A DNA stretch of 64,000 nt from Octopus vulgaris (Eukaryota): contig OX597837.1 in assembly GCA_951406725.2 (NCBI GenBank), positions 18,476,001 through 18,540,000 of the forward strand, read 5' to 3'. The position numbers and the translations under genes are program-made. A model generated the notes under the pieces. That model was not told the origin of the DNA, searched no databases, and saw nothing but the letters and a program-made list of their open reading frames with translations. This document shows, piece by piece, positions 11,439 through 24,838 of this stretch. Positions within the stretch are counted from its first letter, which is position 1; each line of letters starts with the position of its first letter.

Positions 11439-13728
11439 GTAATGGCTTTTAAAATTTTGTCTTCATTTTTACATTTATGTATTTGTTTTGCAAGTTTCTT
11501 GATGTGAAACCATGTGTTGAAACATTTATTATACTTAAAGATGGTCATATTTTGCCAATTAAACACACTATGTATTTGGTCATCACTGCAGTTTTATTAT
11601 TTTTATTATCTTAGTTTTTTTGACAAGGCTCTTTCATCACACATCCTGTGACCTCTTCAGCGACTCTTTATCCCACATCTGTTTTTGTTTTTACGGCAGA
11701 CATATTATTTTGTAGTTCCAAACTTTTTATGTTTTAACTTGATTTATGTGGTGGGTGACTATGGGCTCCTCCAGTTACCACACAATGCTAATTTCTATTT
11801 CTTTCCTGTTATATATGAAATGTATTTTACTTTTAAATTCCTGTAGTGCTTTCTCTGTTTAAATCTCTCAATCCTGTTAGAAACTAGTGATTTTCATGAA
11901 ATGCAATTATTCCAGTATAAAAATCATAAACATATAATTCTACTGTGTGGAACATCATGGGAAAGTGCCTCCTATTGTAGCCCTGGCCTGACTAATGCCT
12001 TAGTGGATTTGGTAGACAGAAACTGGAGGAAGTCCATCACATAAGGATGTATGTGAGAGTGACGCATCCTTGTATTTGCATTTGATATCAGGTGATGGTT
12101 GTAAATAAGCATCATTGTCAGGCAAGCAATGTTGTTTTTTTCCAGTCTTTTGTGAAAACCTGACTGACCATGGGGAAATATAATTTGCCTGGAAACAGGT
12201 GAAGGTTGAAGACAGGAAGGGCATCCAGCTGTAAAAAAATCTACCTCAACAAATTCTGCTTGACCAATGCAAGCATTGTTAAGTGGATGTAAAATAATGA
12301 TGATAATTGCATGATTTTGGATGAAACTTGCTGATAGAATGTTATGATTGTTGGCATACATTGTGAATGTAGTTTAGTTGTTATGTTGCTTTCACCTGCC
12401 AAAGTAGGTTAGATGCAAGTGGATTACACGTAAATATGTTCACCTATATTTGCAAGATATCAATTCCTGGGTATTGAATTTCTGTTTCAGGAATGAATCT
12501 ATGTTCCTGTTAGATTCTAATTGCACAATTAGCATCAGAAAAAATATTCCCAAGATATGTCTTCCTCTCCTCCATTGGTGTAATGAGGGTGGTATTGCCC
12601 TGTTGATGTGCATACTTTATGATCCTATTGCTCCTTATAACAGACACTTCTTCAGGAAGTGAAAGGTTTTGTAGGGCCCTCATCACTAATGAAAATATTG
12701 TTACAGTGACTAGCTATACAATCATTCCATTCCTGCTCAGAATCTGTAAATCTCTGTATCTCTTAGATTGCTGGTGTATACAGATTATATTGAAATATCA
12801 CTGTGTTTATTTTCTCCAAGCTGTCTTTCTCTAATAGTAATAATAATAATGAATCATTAATAGATAATATCTCCAAATTCTAGTTGACTGCTTTGAGGTA
12901 TTATCCATCACTATGCTCAAAAATCCAAGGAAGGAAAAATCCAAAGAAACACAATTGATTAAGCATAAAAAAATAAACATGTGGAATAAGCAAGAAGTCT
13001 TTTGGCAAGATGCTCTTTCTAAAATGAGGCTAAATTTAGTTTCTTACACAGGAGAGTACTTAGTTCCTGTTTCTAATCTTTGCTCTTTTTTGTTAGACCA
13101 TGGTTGGAGAACATGGACACAGTTTACTTTGATGTTCAGTATATTTTATCACATATAGTATAATAGTGTCATTTATTGCTTTCCGTAAATCTTTTTCTTA
13201 CTAACATTGATGGAATTTTTTTTTTTGTAAATTTGGATTTTTACTTATTGTTGGGCACAGTTAATTTTACAGTTGGATAGAAAAATCAATTCCAGCAGTG
13301 AGTTATTTTCTTTCATTTCTAAACTATGCATCAAGTACATAATATTCAAATTTTATCTCTTGTCAATAAAAGATGACAATATCAAGAATAGCTAGATTAT
13401 TTATGAGCTAACATCTAGTTCTGTTAGAAAGAAGCAAAAGATTGAGAATGACAGTAAGCATTGTGTTTGTACATGTTTTACTATAATTTCTGTATTTATA
13501 AACCATCCACAGAGTTAAACTATTGGCAAGCTGAATCATTCATGCATATTTTCAGTTTCATGATTGTAACTAAAATGCTTCTCTTATGGCTGCCAATCTT
13601 TTGAAGGTAGGCATGAATATCAGCTTTTATTTGTGTATAAAACTGGTTGACAAGGTTGGACACTTACCACATGATCAAGAGTATAGTCACTGCCACCACA
13701 GTCATTGTATGGTAACCTTGAGCAAGTA

Positions 13729-14975
13729 TTGGGTCATCCCATAAATAATGTGGGTTTTTCAACTGCATGACTTAAAAGTCGGAGGGGGTCAGGATAAACT
13801 ACTTGCATCAACTTGCTATAAAAGCAGGTAGTAATTTTACCTTGTCCTTATTCTTAGTGCAAGTTTTGAAGAGTGCAGTTCAATTTTAATAGTTATTTTT
13901 TTCAAAGCTATTATGGAAGTGACAAAGGAATATATTTGGCATATTTTGCTTTATGAGTTCAGTAAAGGCAACAACGCAATGCAAAGTGTGAGGAATATTA
14001 ATGCAGTATATGGGGATTGGACAATAAGTGTAAGCCAGTGTCAATGGTGGTTCCAGACAATCTGAGCCAGAAACTACAGCCCATAAGACGAGCCTCATCC
14101 TTGAAGATCTGTAGAGCTTGTCAGAATATTCTGCAAACACTGGTGGAAGAAAATCCCATGGTAACTGTTGAGGAACTAGCAGAGAAGCTTGGATTAGGTC
14201 ATTCAACCATTCATTGACACCTGTGTGCCATCAGAATCATCAGCAAATTGGGTCAGTGGGTTCCTCACAAACTTTCCCAGTCTAATCACGTGCAGAGAGT
14301 GAATGTGTGCTCTTTGCTGTCACATCTCACGAATTAACCTTCTTTTGGACTGAATAGTGACAGGTGATGAGAAATAGATTCTCTATGAAAATGTCAAGCA
14401 CCAATGACAGTGGGTAGGGAAAGGAGAAACACCATCATCCTAGGCTAAAGGTCTTCACCATGTAAGGTGTTATCTGTTTGGTGGGATATGAAAGGCTTAG
14501 TCCATTTTGAACTTTTAAACCCAAACCAGATGATAACAAAGGGGATCTACTGCAAGCAGCTTGAGTGGTTTAAGTCAGCACCATCTTTGGTTTCAAGATG
14601 AAAGATGTTCTTCCATCTGGATAATGCTCAGCCACATACAGTGAGGATAACATTCTAAAGGCTGGAGCAGTTTGAATGGGAAACGATGCCCCACCCACCA
14701 TATTCGCCAGAGGTTGCTCCGTCTGATTATCATTTATTCTGCAGTTTTCAAAATCATTTGGACAGAAAAAATATGAGTTCTGTAGATGAGGAGGAGTATT
14801 TTTTGTCATGGACAAGTGAATTTTAGAAGAAGGGGCCTTGCAAGTCGACCAGATAAATGGAAGAGCATTGTAGAAAATGAAGGAGAGTAAATTTTAGATT
14901 AAAAAAGAACTTTGTTTATCTTAATTTTGAAAAATAAAAGTATTAAAAAATCGCATTATTTATGGGATGACCCAA
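13729..14975 (+). mobile_element. Near full-length decayed mariner transposon
   Basis: TA-flanked TIRs ttgggtcatcccataaataatg / cattatttatgggatgacccaa; transposase remnants IVTGDEK, HLDNAQPH, HPPYSPEVAPSDYHLF with stops and frameshifts. Confidence 0.92.
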
Positions 14976-15169
14976 TATATATTATTACTACAGTTGGTTG
15001 ATGTTGAGGTGGGCTCAACAATGCTCCCTCTATGCAACATTTGAATGTTGCGTAAGAAAGACAATCAGAAAAAAAAAAGAAAAGGAAGAAAAATTGCTGT
15101 ATTCATAGTTAGCAAGATAAATTCAATACTTGCACTGTTTAGAAGAGTTTTTGTAATTCTGTTTTCCAG

Positions 15170-15280
15170 GCATTATCGGTTGGAATCTTTCCTTATGTGC
15201 TGAAGTTGTTACAGAGTTCTGCTCGTGACCTTCGACCTTTGCTCGTATTTATATGGTCGAAAATTTTGGCTGTTGACAGT
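15170..15280 (+). CDS. RPTOR: Raptor exon
   Basis: cag|[37 protein letters not shown]|gtaagt; phase 0/0. Confidence 0.97.
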
Positions 15281-15634
15281 GTAAGTATTATTGTTTGTGT
15301 TTGTACTGTTTTATGGTTTGAGGATGGGTTCTTGTCTTGTAAGAAGTGAGAGAACCCATAGCATTTTAAGACATTTAACCGTTTAGCATTCAGATTTTTT
15401 TTTTATCAAATGTTATGCTTATTTATTCACATTGTTTTAAATTGATCATGCATTATCATGTAGCATCAAGATTTCAAATAAGGTTTTACTTTTAGGGTAG
15501 GGCATTGTAGGGTAGGTTTGAGAAGCCAAATCTCACTGGTTTGAACTTAAAACTCCATCTAGCACCGCATGAAGACTACAAATAAAATTATGTGTGTCTG
15601 TGTGCATATATATGTGTGTGTGTGTGTGTGTGTG

Positions 15635-16000
15635 AAAAGAAAAAAGAGAAAATGTGCATTGGATATAAAAAATAAAGGTTTTTTATGAAAAGTAACAATA
15701 GACATATACAATTAGATGAACTGAGGTAGAATTAAGAGGTATAAAAGTCATTATTTTGAATTGTTAAAGAGATTCAAAGTCTTTCCAGTATCATCAAAAG
15801 CTGTTCACTGGTTTCATTCAAAGCCAGTGAACAGCTTTTGACAATACCGGTATGATTTTGAATCTCTTTAACAATTCAAAATAATGACTTTTATACCTCT
15901 TAATACTACCTCAGTTCATCTAATTGTATATGTCTATTGTTACTTTTCATAAAAAACCTTTATTTTTTATATCCAATGCACATTTTCTCTTTTTTCTTTT
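15635..16000. repeat. Long inverted repeat (~180-bp arms, ~5-nt loop) between (TG)n and (TA)n tracts
   Basis: 15635-15814 is the reverse complement of about 15820-16000, with mismatches concentrated near the apex. Confidence 0.92.
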
Positions 16001-16883
16001 TAGTTTTCACCTATTTATACCACGTGTAGTCTCTTTTCTCTTTGAAATCTATTTCTATTATATATATATATATATATATATATAGTTTAAATTAAATAAA
16101 TTCCTGTGTGGTAACTGAACTGGTATAAGTTCTTTCACTTTTTTTTTATTCATAAAGTCAGGTAGCAATTTAGAATAAGGAAATAAAGCTTTTGCTGGTT
16201 ACTTTTTCCCTTTCTTGGTGATCTGTTGCCAGTTTCAACTGGTGAGGGCTATCCAAGATGAGTGAAGATTACAGTCTCAGCAGTTACAACTGATTAACCT
16301 ATGCCCACCAGGAACATAATTACCATTGATTACTGTGTGGAGATTTGATTGGAGTCTTGGTAATGGAGAGGTGATGTACTTGTAGGCAAGAGTTATGCAC
16401 TCTGCTTGCTTTTCATATGAGCTAGCTGATGGTAGGAGCTGAAAGGAGATATGTCAAGTGTAACTATTTGCAATCATGGAATGGCTTGTCTTTTTTTAAT
16501 TTTTTTTTATACTGCATTTGAAGCCAGTGAAACTTATATATTTGATGGCTGTCTACTCATGGAACAAATATGTATATTACTGATAATGAGAAAACATATC
16601 GTTAGCAATTGCTGTGCAAAAATTAAATTCAGAGCAGTTTGCATGTCACCAATATGATTCTCATTATGAAAGCTAAAGAAACCAGAGATAAGCTGAAGCA
16701 AGATGTCTCAACAATGTTAACAGGTGTATTGAACAGGTTTTCGTGTAAAGAGAACCAGTACAACATGTGTGTTGTCATTAATTTAATGTGTTCTGTGAGA
16801 GCGCGTATAAAGTAAGTATATCAGAGGGCAAGGTATATTTAACATTAAAATATATTTTTTGGAAAGTAACAAGTATTCATAAG

Positions 16884-18070
16884 AAGCAATACGAATTATT
16901 TTTTAGTTTGTGTGTGAATGTTTAACAATTGGTGTAGCAAGACGTGAATAAATTTCTCATGACTTATGATGTATTTCATTTGGGTGGCTTATATGCTGCA
17001 GAATGGAAACATATAAATGAAATGAGTTGCATGGCGTTTGTAGTTAACACAGTAATAGTCAAATAGCAGAAAGGGTGACACAGCATGTGTTGAGCGGTGT
17101 GTGTGAGAGGGGTCCGTAGCATGATAACCAGTCTGATACCAGGGTTCTCACCACAGAATAAGAAATATCAATTAGAGGGTTGGCGTCAGGCCAGTGAATG
17201 AGAATGGCAGTGTATCTGAGACTGACAGGCCAGGGTCCAATGAGATTGAAGCGGATGTGATGGAAGTGTGTGTCTGGTGAGCAGGAGATGATGAGGGGTA
17301 TGCAAATGAGTATGCACCGTTGACATTGGGCAGTGGAGGCAAAGAGTAAGCAGGGCTTCAAAAACAGCTTATCGATGAGTCAGTGGGATGAAGAGACGAG
17401 GTGAATTTGTTGAGACATCACACAGGATCTGCAAAGGTTGGCACAGGCAAGTATGGAATTTGCACATTGCAAATTCAGGTGAAGAAATCTTGAGTGAGTC
17501 CAGAGGTGAGAGGTTGCTGATGAAAGGACTAATACAGCACCGATTGCAGTGTCTGATGCATTAACCACAAGTAAAAGCTTCAGTGTGCAAGAAGGGATGC
17601 TGTAGAGAGAGTGAAATGGTGTCGTTCATTATGCATAGGTTCTTGAGAAGCTCAGTGAGTGGAGAATGAATTGATGATAGAAGGTAAATCGAGGCAGTGG
17701 CACATCTGATGAAAAGTCGGAAGAGGAATGTCCTCAATACCATGAGTAAGCAATAAGAATTATTTTTTACCTTGTGTGTGAATGTTAAACAATTAGTGTA
17801 GCAAGTCACGAAGAAATATGCTGCAGAATGAAAACAGATATAAGTGAAATGAGTTGCACAGTGTTGGTAGGGTACACTGCAATAGTCACATATCAGAAAG
17901 AGTGATGTTGCCACTAGAGCTGTCAAATTCGCAACTCCCTAAGCTGGTGCTGAACATAGAAGATGTGCCATGTTGAAGAAAGTGATGTTGCTTCCTCGAT
18001 GTCAATTCTCCGACTGATTTAGCTATTTGAAAAAGGCATGTATATTGTTGGGCAGAAGTTGCCACATGTC
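16884..18070 (-). mobile_element. Decayed Gypsy/Ty3 LTR-retrotransposon pol fragments (RNase H, integrase)
   Basis: VNASDTAIGAVL (RNase H DAS motif); CQRC and FHHIRFNLIGPWP...HWPDANPL...DWLSCYG (integrase-like). Confidence 0.75.
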
Positions 18071-18353
18071 TTTCCACAGCCAGCTCTAATTGGATGGAGT
18101 GGCCATAGCGTGACTGTATTATGCCACCACGACAAAATAGCTCTTTTCGTGTCACTACAAGTTTGATATAGAGATAATTATGTTATGTTTGCTTTTGTAA
18201 CAAGATACAAAGAGGATACAGCTGGATGGTTTATTCACTATGATGCTGTTAGATGGTTTAATATTTTATTGAGTGGGTAAAATTAACCATGTATAATTTT
18301 TCATTGTCTGATTTGCTATTTGTGTATATTTTAAATATTTATCTCTGTTGTAG

Positions 18354-18428
18354 TCTTGTCAGACAGAGTTGGTCAAAGACAATGGTCATAACTATTTCCT
18401 CTCGGTGTTGAGTGACCAGTGTATGTCA
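18354..18428 (+). CDS. RPTOR: Raptor exon
   Basis: tag|SCQTELVKDNGHNYFLSVLSDQCMS|gtaagt; phase 0/0. Confidence 0.95.
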
Positions 18429-18557
18429 GTAAGTATATGTTTTTCTTTCTTTCTTTTGAAATTTGTGTGTCAATAACCGAATGGCAAATGACTTAGGTCT
18501 TGAGTGACGTGCTCTTCTTGTTTCGTTAGAGTGAGATGTATAAAGAAAGGTATTCTA

Positions 18558-18921
18558 CCGTAAAAACCCATGTAATTTGTGCACCTGTGTAATTTATGCA
18601 GGTGATTTTCAGGATAAAAATTGTTAAAAAAAGCTTATCCTCATGTAAAATTTGCACCCAAAAGTTTTCAGAATTGCCGATATGGCCAGGGGGAAATGGT
18701 TTTCAATTTAGTTGTATTTAACATAATTTCACTTACTTATGATTAGATTTTATTAAATTTTCATTAAATAAAATTAATTTCTGTTTAACAAGCATCACAT
18801 TAAAAGCTATTAAATTACAAAGTGTTTGCGTTGACTTCTATATAAATAAAATCCGTTTTGCTCACTCGGTATACCCTCCCCCTGAAGTAGTATTTCACAA
18901 ATTGTGAGCAGACGATAGCTG

Positions 18922-18958
<37 letters not shown>

Positions 18959-19733
18959 TTATCATCATCATCATCGTTTAGCGTCCGCTTTCCATGCTAG
19001 CATGGATTGGACGGTTCAACTGGGGTCTGGGAAGCCAGAAGGTTGCACCAGACCCAGTCTGATCTGGCAATGTTTCTACGGCTGGATGCCCTTTCTAACG
19101 CCAACCACTCTGTGAGTGTAGTGGGTGCGTTTTACGTGCCAGACGAGGCTGGCAAACGGCCACGATCGGATGGTGCTTTTTACGTGCCACTGGCACATAT
19201 ATGTATATGTGTGTGTGTTTGTGTATGTATATATGTGTGTGTATTTGTGTATGTATATGTGTGTGTGTGTGTGGTGTGTGTGTTTGTGTATGTATATGTG
19301 TGTGTGTGGTGTGTGTTTGTGTATGTATATATACGTGTGTGTGTGTTTGTGTATGTATATATATATATATGTGTGTATATATATGTGTGTGTGTGTATAT
19401 ATATATATATATGTGAAGGCGTGTCGCTTAGTGGTTAGGGGCATTCGGCTCACGATCGTAAGGTTGTGAGTTCAATTCCCGGTGATGCATTGTGTCCTTG
19501 AGCAAGACACTTTATTTCACGTTGCTCCAGTCCACTCAGCTGGCAAAAGTGAGTTGTACCTGTATTTAAAAGGGCTGGTCTTGTCACGCTCTATCTCACG
19601 CTGAGTCTCCCTGAGAACTACGTTAGAGGTACACGTGTCTGTGGATTGCTCAGCCACTTGCACGTTAATTTCACGAGCAGGTTCCGTTGATCAGATCAAC
19701 TGGGACCCTCGTCGTCGTAACCGACGGAGTGCT

Positions 19734-19773
<40 letters not shown>

Positions 19774-19853
19774 GTGTTTGTATATATATGTGTGTATATA
19801 TATCTACATATCTTTCTATATACTCGTGTGTATATATATATATATATAATATA

Positions 19854-19909
<56 letters not shown>

Positions 19910-20270
19910 CATGTGTGCTTCCTTTCTCTCTCACATACACTTACAGATGTGAATACACAGGAAAAGTTAAGGATTATCAATAGAAATAAGCTGATAAATA
20001 TGCACAGGTGTTGCAAATTAAGTTTAATTACCAATAAATACCAGCTTGGATGATACTTTAGTCAACTGAGAACAATATGTGAAATATGACCCAGACTGTG
20101 ATTACCAGCTTGTATGTCAGACTTCAAATGTAGTTAACCATTTAATGATTTTAGAAAAAGGAAGCATTATATTTTTTCATTCTGGAAACGTGACTCACGT
20201 AATTTACCCACCTACTAAAGTTTATTTTTATTTTTGCAAAAAAGTGTGTAAATTATGTGGGTTTTTATGG
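18558..20270. mobile_element. TA-flanked non-autonomous Tc1/mariner/pogo-type element with nested insertions
   Basis: TA-ccgtaaaaacccatgtaattt ... aaattatgtgggtttttatgg-TA; contains an RTE-tail repeat, a tRNA SINE and TA/TG microsatellites. Confidence 0.7.
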
Positions 20271-21202
20271 TACATTGAAACCACTTGCTCCAATATGGGC
20301 AAAAAATGAGTAGCTGTATGTGGTTACCCAACCTGCTGAAGATAGCAACCAAAACTCTCTCCTTGTGCTCTACTATCTAAAATCAAAAAATAATGGAGGA
20401 CCTGTAAATCTAGAGTGATGTAGTCCTGGATAGGTTATACCTTAAAGATGTGAATGATAGCATCATTGGTTATAGGTTTCCAATGAGCTAATAAACTAGT
20501 TCACTGTATTTATGATAGCAGGAGTAACAAGGGGTTAGTTGTGCAACTTGGGTGGAGCAAATATTGCAAGGAATTTCATTTGAAATCATCACTTTAAGAG
20601 GTCTTAGGTCTGCTTGATCAAATCTGACCTGCTCTAAACAATTTGTTCCAAAAATATATTCAACAGTTTGAAGTTATAAAGGTACTCTAATTCAACTTAA
20701 GCTCACTCTATAGACCCATTTCGCTTGTTCACATAATCACTTTTCATTCACTCTATGCTAATAATTTAATGTAATCTCTTTTCTTGTTCTAAGAGCAGCT
20801 GAACATGCTCTGAAATGCATAAGCTTTGATTAATGTGGAAAGTTCATAAAATGATGAAATCAATCTGAGAACAGACAAAATTCAATGATGTTGCATATAT
20901 AAAATCATTGCAATGGAACTGGATTGAGGTGTCTGAAGAATGAAAAACCCCCAACAACTCGTATGTCCCACTCTACCCCTTCCTCTCTCCATCTATACTC
21001 TCACTCTGCCCCCTCCCTCGTTCCCTCCATAGTCTCACTCTGTTCTCCCTCCCTCAATAGTCTCACTCTCCTTCTACAATCTCCCTCTATCCTTTCCCCT
21101 TTATGTGTTTGGAGAACCAGGATTGTTGACAGAAGTAAGAACTGTATGCATTTGGTAAATCTAAAGTAAATTTTCCTTTTTTCTCTCTTCTCTCTTTCTT
21201 AG

Positions 21203-21268
21203 TCAGAGCATCGGACAATGGCTGCATTTATTTTAGCAACAATTGTTAATAATTATCCCCAAGGACAG
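21203..21268 (+). CDS. RPTOR: Raptor exon
   Basis: tag|SEHRTMAAFILATIVNNYPQGQ|gtaaat; phase 0/0. Confidence 0.95.
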
Positions 21269-22684
21269 GTAAATATTTCTAGTTTATTTCTCCTGTAGAT
21301 AAATCTAACCAATCTTAATTAATAAAAAAAAAAAAATACAAAAACCGAAGCAAACCAAACCTTATGTCGTTTGTGATCAATAACATCATTAGTTAGAGGT
21401 TTACAAGGTAGCCGTTACTGGTTCACAATATTTATGATGGTATGAACCAGTCAAAGCAACAGAACAAATACCACAAGGGTTTTCATTGGCCATCATTAAT
21501 TTAATGACTTGTTCAATGTTGTTTACATTTTCACTGAAACACATTACCTAAAGATACACACATACATATAGTGCTCACGTTCATTCACATATATGTGCAC
21601 ACACATATACTCGCATACACACACACATGCGCGCATGCATACATGTTGGACTTTCTGCACATTTTTATTTTCTGTCTACCAAGTTCCACTCCCAAAGCAT
21701 TAGTCAGCCCAAAGATGGGGTAGAAAACAAGCTGAGCGTGACTTACAGTATCGAACCATGTGGTTGTGAAGTGAAATTCTCAGTGATGCAGCTATGTCGA
21801 CACTCATTTCCAATGCTCTAAATGTCTATTTCACAAATATTTTTACGTTTATAACGAAGTGCATTGAGAATAAAACTAGTACACTGCTCAAAAATACTCA
21901 GTAGTGTTCGCGTGTGACTGAGTTATTTCCCTTGTCAGCAACGCTTAACCTGCTTTTCGTTTGTGATGAGAATGAATATATAAATGCCAGACAAAGAAAC
22001 GGAGTATTGGGCTTGATATAATTGACAAAATCTCTTGAAGATGATGCTCCAATATAGCTACAGTCCATTATTTAAATCGGTTATAAAATCAAAGAACATA
22101 AATTGTCAACTAACGATTGCAGTAAAAGTGGAATGGTGAATATAGAGCTACAAATTATTGAAGCATTGATTTGTGGGTTTGTGTTCTGTCACTGGATTTA
22201 TTGTAGGTCTAGCCAGCTATTAATGTTCTTTATTTTCCTAGTAAGAGCAGAATTATATAGCTCAATGCATTAAGCAGCATTAGAGAAACTATGTAGTTGT
22301 AACCTGTTTCATTAACTGATTAAGTTGAACTCAAATTCTCCTAGCAGCTAAAAGAAAACACAAACCATTCATGTAGTCAGGTGGTCATATCCAGGCCTCA
22401 CTAAGTTACTTAGTCTCTTGAAAACTTCAGTTCCTCAACATTGGATACCAGCAATACTGTAATTATCATAATTATCGTTTTCTGTCAAAGTTTGGATGAT
22501 AATATCTTGGTATTTGTGACTCTTCATTATCTGCTAAGCACAAACATTAGAGAAAACTACCAATTTTAGTTGTCTCTTAGTTTTATGTCCAGAGTTACTG
22601 CTCCCTGTGACAGGCTTCTGGAGTTCATATCTTTTATGTATTTTCTTTTTATCTTATTCATAATCACCATTCTTTACTTTGCAG

Positions 22685-22783
22685 AAAGCAACATTCCAAG
22701 GTAATGTGATTTCCATCTGTCTTGAACAGCTTCATGATTCTAACCCACATTTCAGGCAGTGGTTAGCTCTGTGTCTTGGAAAG
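22685..22783 (+). CDS. RPTOR: Raptor exon (HEAT/ARM region)
   Basis: cag|KATFQGNVISICLEQLHDSNPHFRQWLALCLGK|gtaatt; phase 0/0. Confidence 0.96.
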
Positions 22784-24442
22784 GTAATTCTTACACTTTT
22801 AAAGCTTTATTGCACTTATTTATACAAATTCTCTCTCTCTCTCTCTCTTTCCCAGTTGTTGTTACTTCCTTTATCTCCTCACTGTATTATTTTTACTTTT
22901 TCTGCTCTTGCCATCTGTCAAGTTAAAAAATACAAAATCATTGTTTCTAACATAGTCACAAGGTCAGCAGTTTTGAGGATAAGAATTTAATCAATACAAC
23001 TTATCCCGGTATTTGACTAGTACTTTATTTTATCGACCCCTGAAAGATGAAAGGAAAAGTGGACCCCAGCAGAATGTAAAGAGCCAGAAGAAATACTGGA
23101 AAGCGTTTTTTCTTATTCGCTAATGTTTTGCCAGCTACGGCCACAAATGATTCTGTTGCCTAGTCCCACATCAAGCTCTTTATGTTTTGAGTTCAAATCC
23201 CGCCGAGGTCAGCTTTGCCTTTCGTCTTTTCAGACTTTATTAAATAAAGTACTTATCAAGTAATGGGTTTGATGTAATTGATTAACCCTCTCTCTTTAAT
23301 TTTGCTGGCCTTGTGCCAAAATTTGAAACATTGTCATTGAAGGAAGAACTGTTAGAACATTGGGAAAAGTGCTTTGGATTATTTCTTCATATTTCTTGCA
23401 CCTCTTTGCATTCTAAGTTCAAATCCCACTCAGGTCAACTTCGCTTATTCATCTTTTCAAGATCAATAAAATAAAGAAATCAACTTGTACCCTCCCCTCA
23501 GAATTGTGTCTAATAATTGTTATTCTCATCACCAGTTGGTAGAAGGGCAATGGACTGGCAGAAAGAATACAGCATTGGTGGAGTACTTTGTGGGATATTG
23601 TCTCCTTCCACTAAAAAAAAAACAAAAAATATAAATTGCATTCTTCTTGTGTCCCACTGTTAGAAATCAAAATTATTTGGTGGCACAAATGGCTGATCTT
23701 GTACCAGACAAAAAATATTCTCTGTTAACATATTGGTCTGGGTTCTAATTCTGTCTATGTTGACCTTACTTTTCATCTCTTTGTGGGATATGAATTCCCG
23801 TAATATCCTATTGTTGAATTAGCTATATTGCTTTCCTAACCACTTTTATTTCAATTTGTGCTTTTAATGAGTTCAGATTTCCCTGAGAAGTGAATAATCA
23901 TATATTTCATGCTCTTAGATGAACCTGCTGAATTTTTATTGTCCGATAAATTGTCTTAAGATATTCATTATGGTTCTCTGTGCCCTGAGGTTAAATAGTA
24001 TCAAGGTCAAGTTTACCTTTAATGATTTCAGGGTCAATAAAGTATCAGTCTTGCACTAAGATTGATACTTCTTTCTAGAAGAAATGGGATTTGGTCAAAC
24101 TTGGAGAAGAATGGGTTTGGCCAGATCAAAAAATACCCAAGATATGTCATGACAATATATGCCACGACCCAAGATATGTCATGCAATTGCATCAGGAGTT
24201 GATAACTAAAGGCAAGGCAGGACTTTTGTGAGGGAACAAGAGAAGAAAAGTGTTAAAGAAAAGCAACAGCATTATTTTCTTTCAGTGTCCCTGACTCTCA
24301 AATTAAAGGCAAAATCTCAAACTTTAGAATCTTCACTTTTCATTACAATTGAACTTAGTAGACTTTTCTATGGACTGAGTAATTTGTTGCTGATACTGTA
24401 GACCAACTTCTTACTGTTCTAGATTTTACCACTTACATTATA

Positions 24443-24672
24443 CAGGGTGGCCCAAAAGTAGGTTTACAGTTATCATGTAGGTACTTTAAATTTCTTTTAA
24501 AACAGTTTATTACATTTAAATTTCTATCTTACAAACTGAAAAGGGAACTTGACAAAATTAACTAAATTAGCATAGAATAATGGTTTCATATTTTTTTATA
24601 ATTAAGATCTAAACTGTTAATATATGAATGCAAAAAAGATAGCTACTGTAAAGCTACTTTTGGGCCACCCTG
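24443..24672. mobile_element. Tc1/mariner-type MITE (230 bp)
   Basis: TA-flanked 28-bp TIRs cagggtggcccaaaagtaggtttacagt / actgtaaagctacttttgggccaccctg. Confidence 0.9.
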
Positions 24673-24745
24673 TATAAAGAATATTTATATTAATGACTCA
24701 TTGTTAACTATAATACTTTTTGTCTCTCTTTCTTCCCTGCCACAG

Positions 24746-24838
24746 GTCTGGATGAACTATGAATCAGCACGATGGTGTGGAGTTCGAGACCTTGCACATG
24801 AAAAATTGAGCAACCTGCTCACTGATTCTGTACCTGAG
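24746..24838 (+). CDS. RPTOR: Raptor exon (HEAT/ARM region)
   Basis: cag|VWMNYESARWCGVRDLAHEKLSNLLTDSVPE|gtaagg; phase 0/0. Confidence 0.96.

Noticed and set aside
24135-24183. 17-bp direct repeat acccaagatatgtcatg
   Set aside because: Two copies only; a simple local duplication with no further structure.
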